In this document: one piece after another, positions 1-11,228 of the stretch
Position numbering within the stretch: position 1 is the stretch's first letter
Layout: the number at the start of each line of letters is the position of its first letter
Assembly (NCBI GenBank): GCA_049999805.1
Contig: JBNGIO010006037.1
Location: 1 to 64,000, forward strand
Direction: 5' to 3'
Source: Folioceros fuciformis
Lineage: Eukaryota
DNA: 64,000 bases
The notes under the pieces: generated by a model
Database searches by the model: none
Told to the model about the DNA's origin: nothing
Seen by the model: the letters and a program-made list of their open reading frames with translations, nothing else
Made by a program: the position numbers and the translations under genes

Positions 1-301
1 CGGGGCTGCGCTTGCTGGATTGAGCTTGTAGCTGTGGCGGGGAGCGGCCCGGGGTGTGGCTGTGGAGCGGGGGGCCTGCTGTCGGCTCATCCGCGTCCTT
101 ATGCGGTGGTAATATTGTTTTGAAGATCGAGCCTCGCGGGGTGTGTCGGGCGCTCTCTTGGCTGCTTGTGGCGCGGCCTTGCTTCTTTACTCGCCGCATT
201 CCGGTCTGTTCTGTAGCGAGGCATGCTTTTGTGAGTCAGCTGCTCTCAGCTAGCAGTGCAGCAGGCCTGTGATTTGGAGGGGTGCACCAGGTTTTTGCAA
301 C

Positions 302-3300
302 ATGGCCACTGGATGGCTCGGGGGGAAGGTGAAGGCTGTCCCGTCCGGGGACACCCTAGTCATTATGGGGAATACCAAGTCCGGGCCTCCGCCGGAGAAA
401 TCCATCACCCTGGCCTATCTCATTGCTCCGAGATTGGTACGTGCTCTTGTCTTGCATGTTGCCGACTCGGGTTTTTGCCTTTTTGCATGTTCTGCAGCCC
501 CCTGCGGTGGAGCTCGGATTGTGCTGCTGCTGGAGGCGACTAAATTTGCTTGTTTGTACATGATAATTGCGCAGGCTCGTCGAGATGGTAAGGATGAGCC
601 GTTTGCTTGGGACAGTCGGGAGTTTCTTCGTAAGCAGTTTATTGGGAAGGTAAGGGGAGCGGTCACCGGTTATGGTCCCGGACCTCATGACGTTCTTGCT
701 TGGCACTTGCTGCAGCCAGTGCTGCCTTTTTTTTTCTTTTCCTGCTTCTGTTTTGTACGAAGCTGTATCGAGGCACGTGTCTGATGTATTGCCGGTCTTG
801 CTTGCAGGATGTCACTTTCAAGGTCGATTATGTTGTCCCTGCGATCAGCAACAGGGAGTTCGGGACTGTGTTTGCGGGCGACACCAATGTCTCAGTGGCA
901 GTAGTCACAGCAGGGTGGGCCAAGGTGAGGTCTTTCGCTCTCAAGATGTGGGGATTGTCTGAATTGCCGCTGCTTGAGATTGCTCATTGTCTTCAGGCTT
1001 TGTTAGCCACTTTTTTTGCTCATCTTTGTGGTGATAACTTCTCTCAATTCATCGTCACACAAGACTGACATGCATACCCGTCGCCAGGTTCGACCACAAG
1101 GAGGGTCGAATGCTGAGGGCAATCCAGTGGTTACCGAGCTTTTGCAGCTTGAAGAACAGGCCCAAACTCAGGGTCTTGGTATATGGAATAAGGTATCTCT
1201 CTTGGTTCTTGTCGAATATTCCATCGAAGTACCCTGCGCATAAGCAAGGATGTTGATAACGTAAAATCTTGGTGCCACAGACTCCAGGAGCTTCGGAGGC
1301 ATCCATTAGAAACATACTCCCTTCGGCCATCGGGGACAGCAGCAATTTTGATGCAATGGCTCACCTTCAGGCCAACAAGGGCGAGCCTTTGAAGGCGGTC
1401 GTCGAACAAGTGAGGGATGGAAGTACCATAAGAATCTACCTCCTTCCAGAATTCCAGTTCGTGCAGGTGTTCATGGCGGGAATTCAGGTACGCATGTTGT
1501 CTGTAGATGTACTCAGATACGGGGATGGTCAAAGCTTGAAGGCTTCAGACTGGTGACGCTACTTGGTTGCCCCATGTCCCTCCAGGCTCCTTCCATGGGC
1601 AGGCGAGCATCCGTCCCTGATACCACGGATACCTCTGCAAAGGCCGTGAATGGTGAGGCCGCGGCAGACAAGAACGGATCTTCAACGCCTGATGTGCCAG
1701 CGGCTCCTCTTACGTCTGCTCAAAAACTTGCAGCCTCGACAGCAGCTACAGCCAATGCCGAAGTGCCACCTGATCCGTATGCAAGAGAGGCGAAGCATTT
1801 CACAGAAACCCGTGTGCTGCACCGAGATGTAAGCGACATCGCAACTGGTTCATGTTACAAGGTTCTCCTTGTTTGTGTCCCTTGATCCGGCAAAAGTAGA
1901 AGGTGCTCATTTTTTCTCTACTGTCTTGATCTGCAGGTCAGAGTTGTTCTGGAAGGGGTTGACAAGTTCAACAATCTGATTGGGTCTGTGCATTACGCTG
2001 AGGGCGATTCAGCTATTGATCTTGCCCTAGAACTGGTGAAGCAGGTAAAGGCATATTGCGTGGCTGTTCACTTTCTACCTTTCTCTGCCCTTCGGTCGTG
2101 CATCTCGAAGTCCTTGCGGCATCGCTCGGGACGAGCGCAGTTAATCTGGTGAATTCCTCTCGTATCGATTGACAGGGGTTGGCCAAAGTTGTTGAGTGGA
2201 GCGCCAACATGCTTGAAGAAGCAGAGAAGCGCAAGCTGAAGGTCGTGGAACTACAGGCAAAAAAAGAACGGCTACGTATGTGGACAAATTACGTACCTCC
2301 GGCCTCAAATTCCACTGCAATTCAAAACGTGAACTTCACTGGGAAGGTATTGTATCCTGTCTTTAGCCCTGCTACCACTCATGGCCAGAGTTCTGCATTT
2401 GGAATCCCACTGAAGTCTTCCCTACTGGCAGGTCATTGAGGTCGTCAGTGGAGACTGCGTCGTTGTGGCCGACGATGCTGCACCGTTTGGAAGCCCCTCG
2501 GCAGAGCGACGAGTAAACCTCTCGAGTATTCGGGCTCCCAAGATTGGAAACCCCAAGAGGGACGAGAAGCCTGCCTCATATGCTAGAGAGGCAAAGGAGT
2601 ACCTCCGGACTCGGTTGATTGGTCAACAGGTATAGATACTAGCCGGAACGACTTGTCTAATTGCTTGTAACATGCTCACTGTCTTTTGTTATGAGGAATC
2701 TTGTAATTTGAGGCCAGACAATTCTGACTCATGCTGGAATCGCAGGTGAATGTGACCATGGAGTACTCAAGAAAGATTGCTGCAACTGATGGTCCAACTC
2801 CGGCACCTTCTTCAGCATCATCAGACTCACGCGTCATGGACTTCGGAAGCGTTTTTCTTCTCAGTGCACCGAAAGGAGAGGATGATGCTCCTAGCCACCA
2901 AGGAAATGGACACCCAGAGGGTGTTAACGTTGCGGAAATGGTTGTTGCCAGGGGTTTTGCTTCTGTTGTATTGCACAGAGATTTTGAAGAGCGTTCTGCA
3001 TATTACGATGCCTTGCTGGCTGCTGAATCCAGAGCTAAGAAGGGAAAAAAGGGCATCTTCTCACAGAAAGAATCCCCAGTGATGCACGTGAATGACCTCA
3101 CAGTTCCGGTAAACATGCACTTCAAATGGTTCACATTTTTCTTGGCAGCTGTCGCGTGGATGAGTGCATTAAGTGTGAAGTCTTGTCAATCTCGTAATCT
3201 TCTATGATTGTTAAGACTGAACCATCTTCCATGTGTGTCAGGGGAGTTCTTCGAAAGCAAGACAGTTTTTGCCTTTTCTGCAAAAGGCTAAAAGGCTTTC

Positions 3301-4990
3301 AGCTGTTGTGGACTACGTTCTGAGTGGCCACCGCTTTAAACTTATTATTCCGAGGGATACGTGTGCAATTGCTTTCTCCTTGTCTGGTGTAAGGTGTCCT
3401 GCCAAGGGGGAGCGGTTTGCAGAAGAAGCAATCTCTTTCATGCGGCGACGTATTTTGCAACGAGAAGTTGAGGTAGGATTTCTTTGTCATTGTGCGTGTT
3501 ATGGGTAGGGGTAGAAATCCAAAAGCTTTGAAAGCAGTTTAGGTTCAAGATGTGCGTATTTATTGGGCTTGCAGATTGAGATCGAGACTGTAGATAAGAC
3601 GGGAACCTTTTTGGGCACTCTATGGGAGGCAAAAACAAATGTTGCTGTTCCCTTATTGGAGGCTGGGCTTGCAAAACTGCATTCTCTGTTTAGTGCGGAG
3701 AGAACTACGGAAGGCCAGTTTTTAGTGCTGGCAGAGCAGCGAGCGAAGAAGCAGCTGCTGAAGGTAATTCTTCATCCAAACAGCAGTATATTTGTGCTAC
3801 CCTTGTTTCTGTAGAGATCCAATCAGGAGAGGTTGGAATCAACCAGCTAAGAGCCGGATGCTTCAATTCAGGTATGGGAAGGGTATTCAGAAGAGGTAGA
3901 GGAAGTAAGTGCAGTGGCTGCAGACGTCGCAAAGAAGCAGGAGATAACGGTATGTACCTAGGCTGTGCTTTGGGTTTGTGTAAAGCTTTCGTGGGCTGGG
4001 AAGTTTCCTGTTATGTGCGATGCTAATCTTCCCTCCTTGGACGTTCGATACAACAGGTCCGAGTAACAGAAATATTAGGTGGCGGCAAATTTTATGTGCA
4101 AACGGTCTCTGATACAAGGTTGGCCCCGATCCAGCAGCAGTTGGAGGCTCTTAGAGTACAAGATAAACCCCACGCAGGTCTCATCCCAAAGAAGGGAGAC
4201 ACAGTTATTGCAAAATTCAGTGTGGATAACACCTGGAACCGTGCTTTGGTACGCAGCCCTTCAAAACCCTGATTTTCATGGTATGCTTGCTTGTGTGATC
4301 ACTTAATGATGCTTTGTGTGCATGTGTAATGTCAGGTCGTGAATGCCCCTCGCCAAAATCCTACCCCGGATTCTGAGTATGAGGTCTTCTACATCGATTA
4401 TGGGAACCAGGAGATGGTCCCCCTCTCAGACTTGCGTCCTCTGGACAGTTCCATTGCAGCTGCTCCTGGACTTGGACAGCTGTGCAGCCTTGCGTTTTTG
4501 AAGGTTCCTGATGTTGATGAAGACCTTGGGGTGGAAGCGGCCGAGTATCTTGCCAAGGTGCTCGGGGGCGACAAGACTTTCAAGGCCAGCATAGAGGAGA
4601 AGGATACATCTGGGGGGAGGGTCAAGGGGCAAGGGACAGGAAGTTGCCTGCTTGTTACGCTGAAGAGCGACGATGATCCCTTAAGTGTAAATGCGGATAT
4701 GCTTCAGGTGTGGCTTCGTCGATCATGTCGTAAGTAAGAGGTTTGTTCCCAATCTGAACATCTGAACAAACTGAGATGTTGTCCTGCTCTTGCAGAATGG
4801 ATATGCTCGGCTAGAGAAAAGGGTGCGATGGCATAGCAAAGAGAAAACAGAGGCCATTGAAAGTTTGGAGGAACATCAAGAGGCTGCTCGCAAGAAAAGA
4901 CTCCATATCTGGCAGTATGGAGACGTTGAATCTGATGATGAGGAGAGTTTACCTTCAAAAAGAGGGGCTGGTCGGGGCCGCGGTCGCTAG
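302..4990 (+). CDS. TSN: Tudor staphylococcal nuclease (Tudor-SN/SND1), multi-exon
   Basis: Begins MATGWLGGKVKAVPSGD. Repeated SN-like domains (DEPFAWDSREFLRK, VVEQVRDGST, VVSGDCVVVADD, VDYVLSGHRFK), Tudor domain (EVFYIDYGNQE) and C-terminal IWQYGDVESDDE. Many short GT-AG introns; stop TAG at 4988-4990. Confidence 0.96.
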
Positions 4991-5200
4991 GCGGGATCAG
5001 CGAGAGATAACAGCAGCCTCATCCTAGATAGTGAGTCATGTGCGTGGTTTTATTCCGCACATTGAAATGCCAATTTTGCAGCACGACGGTCGTGGATGCC
5101 TAATCACGTTCACATTCTTAAATTTAATTATGTTTCATCCAATGACCCACTTGATGGTCTACGCTTTCGTTCCCTCCGACGCTTGAACGGTAGGTAGTAG

Positions 5201-6449
5201 ATGCTGCTTCCGCAGAGCTCGAAAGCTTCACTGAATCCAAAACAGACGCTGATGGCCGGGCGGAATTGCTTCCATTTGATCCGCGCGCCCTTGAGCTCGT
5301 ATGCTCCGGACCAGCGAAGTGGAGCTGGAGTTGCTCTCGTGCAAGGCGCTTCAAGGGGCTTGGGTTTCGAATTCGTCCGGCAACTTCTGGAGAAACGGCC
5401 CACTGGGCACGTCGTTGCAACCTGCCGTAACCCTTCAGCAGCTGACAAACTGTCAGCCTTGAAGAATGTCCACCAAGACAGACTCACCATTACGTCACTG
5501 GATGTCACTGACGAACGCAGCATCCAAGTACCTTCTATGGATTGCCCCCAAGTTGTCAGGATTTTGCATTGTTTGCTCATCTCATGCTGCTCCATGTATC
5601 AGGCTGCTGCGAGGGTAGTGTCCGACGAATTTGGTCGGTTGGATTTGCTCGTAAATACAGCCGGGCTGCTTCACATCCCTGGAGTTCTTCATCCAGGTCT
5701 TTCTCTTGAGTAGGTGCGTTGTTGATGTCCTCAGGAGCTTGTCGTAGACGTTGATCAATTGGATTATGGGTTTGTTCGGTTGCAGAGACCTCGTTGTCCA
5801 AACTAAAGCCTGATGCATTGGTGCGCACCTTTCAGACAAATGCCGCAGGCCCCATTCTGGTTACTAAGGCAAGTTACTGCTCTAGTTAGATGTAGGTACT
5901 TCAGATGTTGAGGTAGTTAAGCATGAGGCCTGACAATCCATGTTGGTGCTTAACCAACAGCATATGTGGGCTTTACTCAAAGCAGGCGGGGGAAGGAACA
6001 CAGGAAGAGCTTCTGCTATTGTCGCAAATTTGAGTGCAAGAGTGTCCTCCATCAGTGACAACCAGCTGGGGGGTTGGTACTCCTACAGGGCCTCCAAGAC
6101 AGCACTAAACCAATGTGAGCAGCCAAACTCTGCACACTTCGACAGGAGCTTTCCCGTTTTGGGGCTTTTGAATTAACTTTGCTGTTCTGCCTCTCATGTT
6201 TCGTGATGGGAAGTGACCAAGTGCACTGCCGTGGAGTTCGCTAGAAGGAAGGATCCAATCACCTGTATTTTGCTTCATCCTGGAACAGTGGACACAGACC
6301 TGTCAAAGCCGTTTCAGAGGAATGTGCCACAAGGAAAACTTTTCACTACCGAATACTCTGTAGGCAAGCTATTGGAGATCATTGATGGGGTGGATGCTAA
6401 GGATAATGGCAAGTTTTTCGCTTGGGATGGTCAGGAGATACCGTGGTGA
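5201..6449 (+). CDS. Short-chain dehydrogenase/reductase, C-factor (CsgA)-like, multi-exon
   Basis: Motifs VQGASRGLG (Rossmann), LDLLVNTAG, NAAGPILVTK|HMW, SARVSSISDNQLGGWYSYRASKTALNQ (YxxxK), LHPGTVDTDLSKPF and FFAWDGQEIPW. The start could also be the ATG at 5231. Confidence 0.93.
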
Positions 6450-7575
6450 ATCCTACTCCTAGGTTTTCCATTTACGCTCCTTTTCCGTTGTGGGTTACAA
6501 GGCACGTTGCAGACCCTCCGTAGTTCAATCCGCTTAGGTAGGCATCCTTATGCGGCCAAGCGAGTCTTACAAATCCACCCCCGAAGGCGTGCGCCTTTGA
6601 GAAATGATATCCTCCCACGGGCTGGAGTTTCTGACTTCCTCGACCCACCCTCCATATGTACAATTCATGACCATGTTCCTTCTTCTACCAAATGGGCTTT
6701 GCTGACCACTCTGGTTGGTCCAACCAGATGTGAAGACAAACCACAAATGCTGCTAGCACGACCACACGCCCTGTCCTGAACACGCGCAGCGTCAGGTAAG
6801 GCCCCGAGGACCCGCTGAGTCGCACCCTCACCGTTGCCATGGCTCCACCGTTTTGCTCAGGATCGTACTCCGCGTTGGGAAGGTGGAGAGCCAAGTGAGT
6901 CAAGTCGAATCGCACGTGAAGCATTAACATTAGATAAACTTTGGTCTCCCAAAGTGAAGACAAATCACAAATGTTGGTCCTAATAGTATGGTGAACACAA
7001 TTTAAGTATCTTGCATCTCTTGCTGGCAAATCTTATAAAAGAGTATTTTGGTACCACATTGTAGAACAATTCATGACCATGTCTCTTGTTCATCCACTAT
7101 GCACTTCGGTGCTGATCACTCTTTTCTAAGGATGCAATATATAAAGCATTATCATCCCTTAGTTCCAATTGCTCATATGGATATAAAGGATGAGGCTCTT
7201 AGAATGAATGAAGGTTGTCATGTCTGTTGAGCTCTATATTCTAAATTACAAAGGATATTCAAAATTTATAAAAAGTTAGACATATATTGTCTATTCTTGC
7301 TTTGGGCAAAGGAACCTCAAGACGTGTGGGTGCGTAGCAGGCACACCATGACAGTTTAATAAAAAAATCACTACCAGTTGAATCTAATTAATCTCTTCGG
7401 GAATTTAAAGAAATAAAATTTAAAATACTCGCCACTGAGGAAAAATGATTTTGAGGGATCCAATTTACAGTGTTCCCAACCAAGGAGGGATGTTGCGCTC
7501 GCCTTGCGGCACACACGACAGACAGCAAGGGAGTGAAGTGTAGACCAGAGAGCAACGTCTAGGTCAGCAGCTTGC

Positions 7576-8696
7576 ATGACGATCCCTCCGGGAGCTGTAT
7601 CGTCGATGCCAAGGGCAGCAATTGTGCGGGGGGTCCCTGACACCTTCTCCAAGTGCTTGACTATGCAACAACCCTTGGCGCCGATCGATGTTGTCCTGGC
7701 CAGGCAGCAGCATGCCAAGTACGTGGAGATACTGCGAGGTAAAGGCTCGTTGCCATTTTTGTGTGCAAGGCTGAAATTCAGAGTGGGCTGATAGTGAAAC
7801 CATTGTAGGGACTGTCGTGATGGCGGTCCACTCCAGGGCTGGTGCAGGAGGTCATTGTGCTTCCTGCAGATGACGCCTACCCAGATTGCCCGTTTGTGGA
7901 AGACACTGCTATTGTGGTGGGCAAGAGGGCATTTGTGACGCGCCCGGTACCCGCGCGCTCTCTCTCCCTCTCGCTCGCTGCAATTGCGTTCCATTCTGTA
8001 ACAGTTGCTCTGTTCTGCTCTGCACCGCTCCGCTCTGGGGCATGACGCCAGCTCATCTGTTCTTGGAAGTAATTTCAGGGGGCTGTGTCGAGGAGGGGTG
8101 AAGAGGGCGCAGTCCGATCGGCTCTCAAGGCCCTGAAGCTGGAGGTGGTAGACATCGGCTCTGACGGTGCTCTCGACGGGGGCGATGTGCTCTACGCTGG
8201 GGGCTTCCTTTTCGTGGGGAAGAGCAAGCGCACCAACGAAGAGGGCATCACAGCACTGGCTGCTGCGTTTTCCGACATTCCCGTCATCACCATCGACGTT
8301 CCTGCAGGATTGCATCTCAAATCAGGTGGTGTGGTGTTGGCCTCATGGCCGGCGTACCCTTTTCAATTTGGGTGTTGTCAGAATCCTGATCGACGAAGTG
8401 AATTTGCAGCTCTTTCTGCTGTCGGCCCCGATACACTGGCTGTAGAAGCCACCGGAGAGTCTCAAAAAATGTTTGAGGCCATCACAAGGGCCAGGAAGTT
8501 CGATTCCGTGAGCGTGTCCACTTCGGGAGCAGCAAACACCTTGCGCATTGGGCACACGCTTCTGTATCCCTCAGCATTCGGGAAAGAATGCGAGAGCCGG
8601 TACATGCAGTTCAACGCCCAAGTGGTCCCTGTAGACATCTCTGAGTTTCACAAAGCAGATGGAGGGTTAACCTGTCTTTCTATTCTAGTGCTCTGA
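7576..8696 (+). CDS. DDAH: N(G),N(G)-dimethylarginine dimethylaminohydrolase (DDAH, pentein/amidinotransferase superfamily), 4 exons
   Basis: Exons 7576-7738, 7837-7946, 8079-8325 and 8410-8696 splice in frame with GT-AG ends. Motifs AIVRGVP, ARQQHAKYV, PDCPFVEDTA, TRPGAVSRRGE, LDGGDVL, SKRTN, LHLKS, ANTL and EFHKADGGLTCLSIL. Confidence 0.92.
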
Positions 8697-9129
8697 GCGA
8701 GCTCAACATCGTTGGGCGTACTGGAATCTGCCCAAGTCGGCAAAAAATCGCCTGAGGTATCATGGTGAACACTTTCACCTCGCGTGCGATGACCCATCCT
8801 CATAAAATCATTATTGGAAGTTACTGCCATTAGTATTTGAATTCCCATGTAATGGCAACACAATATCCTCTGAAAGTTGGGAAGGACACTACTATCGTCT
8901 TCAGGGGTCTTATGATTCCAGGAGTTTCAGAACTCGCCCACAGATGACCTGAAAAACCCGGTAGTACGCTTAAGTTCATGCGTGGGGCCCTCTCGCTGCA
9001 AAACCCTGGCATTATTAGCTCTGATGCGACCGAGATGCCTTTCTGAACGAAGAATTGTAGATGGTAGAGGTTGATTCTAAGTCAGAACTTTCAAAGGGGC
9101 TAGTGGTTGAGATGTGCAAATCGGGCAGA

Positions 9130-10702
9130 TCACTGGACATACTTGAAGTATGCTTTGTAACCAGAAAGCAATTGACGGGCTACAATCTGCTGCAGGATTA
9201 GACTCCACCTTCTTGCGGCCAGCATCACTAATATAGTTGCCTCTGCAGTCTTCTCCTTTGTTGCCAACATAACCGCAGCAGATAAGACTGTCTTTACTAT
9301 CTGTGCATTCAATCCCTTAAAGAATCCCAGAGCACCCTCGGTTTTCCAAACCAGGACCATTGCTTCCACCATAGTTCTAGGTCTCGGACGTCCAGTCTGA
9401 ATCAAAACTTTACACCTGAACACGAGGGATAAAGCAAATTAGCCGCACGTCACGTCGCAGCAATTTATGCCCTCACACTTGCGTCACGTAGACTCTTCTT
9501 TCCAGTAGTGTTGCAGAAAGTCTAACCTGATTGCAGGATATGTCAACACGGTGGCAACTGACTTCGAAAATGCCCCCAAAAGAAACGCAGCTGACACTGA
9601 CAAATTTTGTGACTGACGACGACGCAGCATGCGATTTTTAAGCTGTTCGAACACTGTATACTGCAGGAGGCAACGATCGATGAAGGATGACAGAATTCCA
9701 GGGATGCTAACGAAATCCCATCACTGAGAGGCAGAACATAGTAGGAGCATAAACGGTTTCACAGGCAAGCGATTACCCTGAACTGACTGCACGAGCTGAG
9801 CTGAGTACCTGAATAGCAGGATTGGATGTCAACAGGATAGATGGTCCCAGTCCGTCATAAGCTTCCTTCCAAGTGCCACTTGCAAGAGTTCGCCATAAGC
9901 TTTGCGACTGTCCAAAGTTGCTAGTCTGGATTCTCGCTGACGCCGTGTCCAAAGGCTGAGGAATAGGAGTTTCCACACTATCTTCAATACAGCAGCAAAA
10001 TCAAACTACCTCTAACGAAAGAGCAAGAAACCTGAAGCTACAAAACAAACAACTCCAAAAAAAGAAAAGCTGATCCTAGCGAATAGGACGACCAACTGAT
10101 CCCCGCGATCGTCTCAGTGACATGTTCACCGTGCTTCTTGATAGCTTCAATACATTACACATGTTCCCCATCTCGAACTCAGTGCAAGACCGTAATTCAC
10201 GCCTAGTACCTGTATAACAGCAGTCGTAACAGCTCCTGCAGCTGCAGCGACGACCAGATTCACCCCCATCCCCATGGATTTCTTCCCCTTCCTAGCGAGA
10301 TAGGCTTCCTTGAACAAGCTGTAGCTGTAAAAGTAAACGAACTGCGAGATAATGGACTGCAGATTCTTCGTTCCCAAGCCCTGGTACAGCGAGCCAAGCT
10401 GGTTTGTCTGCACAGCCTCCTTGAAAACATCCCAAAGTGAGCTGCGCAAGTGACAAACATTAGCCCGCAGCTGAGCGATCCAAGAATTCACACGTAAGCG
10501 GCACAGCAGAAGCATAATTCGGCACGGTGCAGCTCAATGCGCTTGCAAGCATCACGTACTTATATCTGCGCGTGTTATTGTCTGCAGATTCCACCTGGTA
10601 GATAGTCTTGCAAGTGTCGAGCGGGTAGAGCACCGTGGTGCTAACCAAGCCCCCGACGGCCCCGGCCGTGGCCTCGGTCAGGGACTTGAAATCCACCCCC
10701 AT
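9130..10702 (-). CDS. PNC: Peroxisomal adenine nucleotide carrier (mitochondrial carrier family), multi-exon
   Basis: [73 protein letters not shown] and [17 protein letters not shown] are typical of plant PNC1/2. Confidence 0.92.
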
Positions 10703-11228
10703 CGCTGCGAGTACGCGTCCAGGCGCTCCCGTCGGCGCGAGCCTGCGCGCGGCGAGGCTCCGGAGAAGGAAGGCGCGCCCTGCAGATGTCAGTCGCTAGC
10801 GGGCCTAGCCGAGACCCCTAGCTCCAGGCCAGACCTGCGCGATCGCAATCGCGCTCGCGGCGCTGAAGGTAGACCGCACCTTGCGCACCAACGGGGCCGG
10901 GTGGAGGCGGAATCGCAATAGAACCATGAGCCACTCCGAGGATTCTGCTGCAATTCATGCTGGGAAACGGCCCTAAGCACACGGGCCGACGAAGACGGCA
11001 GAAGACGCTGGCGCACCGAACCGCCTTCTTTCTTCTCATATTACACGTTGCGGTCCGGGCTTCGCGGAACCGGGCTCGGCGAGTAGTCGCGATCCGTGCC
11101 CTGTCGCGGAAACTCCAAGGATAGCCCTACCTCTTCAGTTTAGACTCTTTGAAGCGAGAATCCGGACTGACTATTTTCCATGGCCAGAATCGGCGACGGG
11201 AACAACATGGCTCAACTGTAAGTTATCC

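Noticed and set aside
7371-8315. 314-aa minus-strand ORF
   Set aside because: Antisense shadow of DDAH that runs through its introns; no domain recognised.
7576-8696. DDAH as bacterial contamination
   Set aside because: It has three canonical spliceosomal introns and is contiguous with plant genes.
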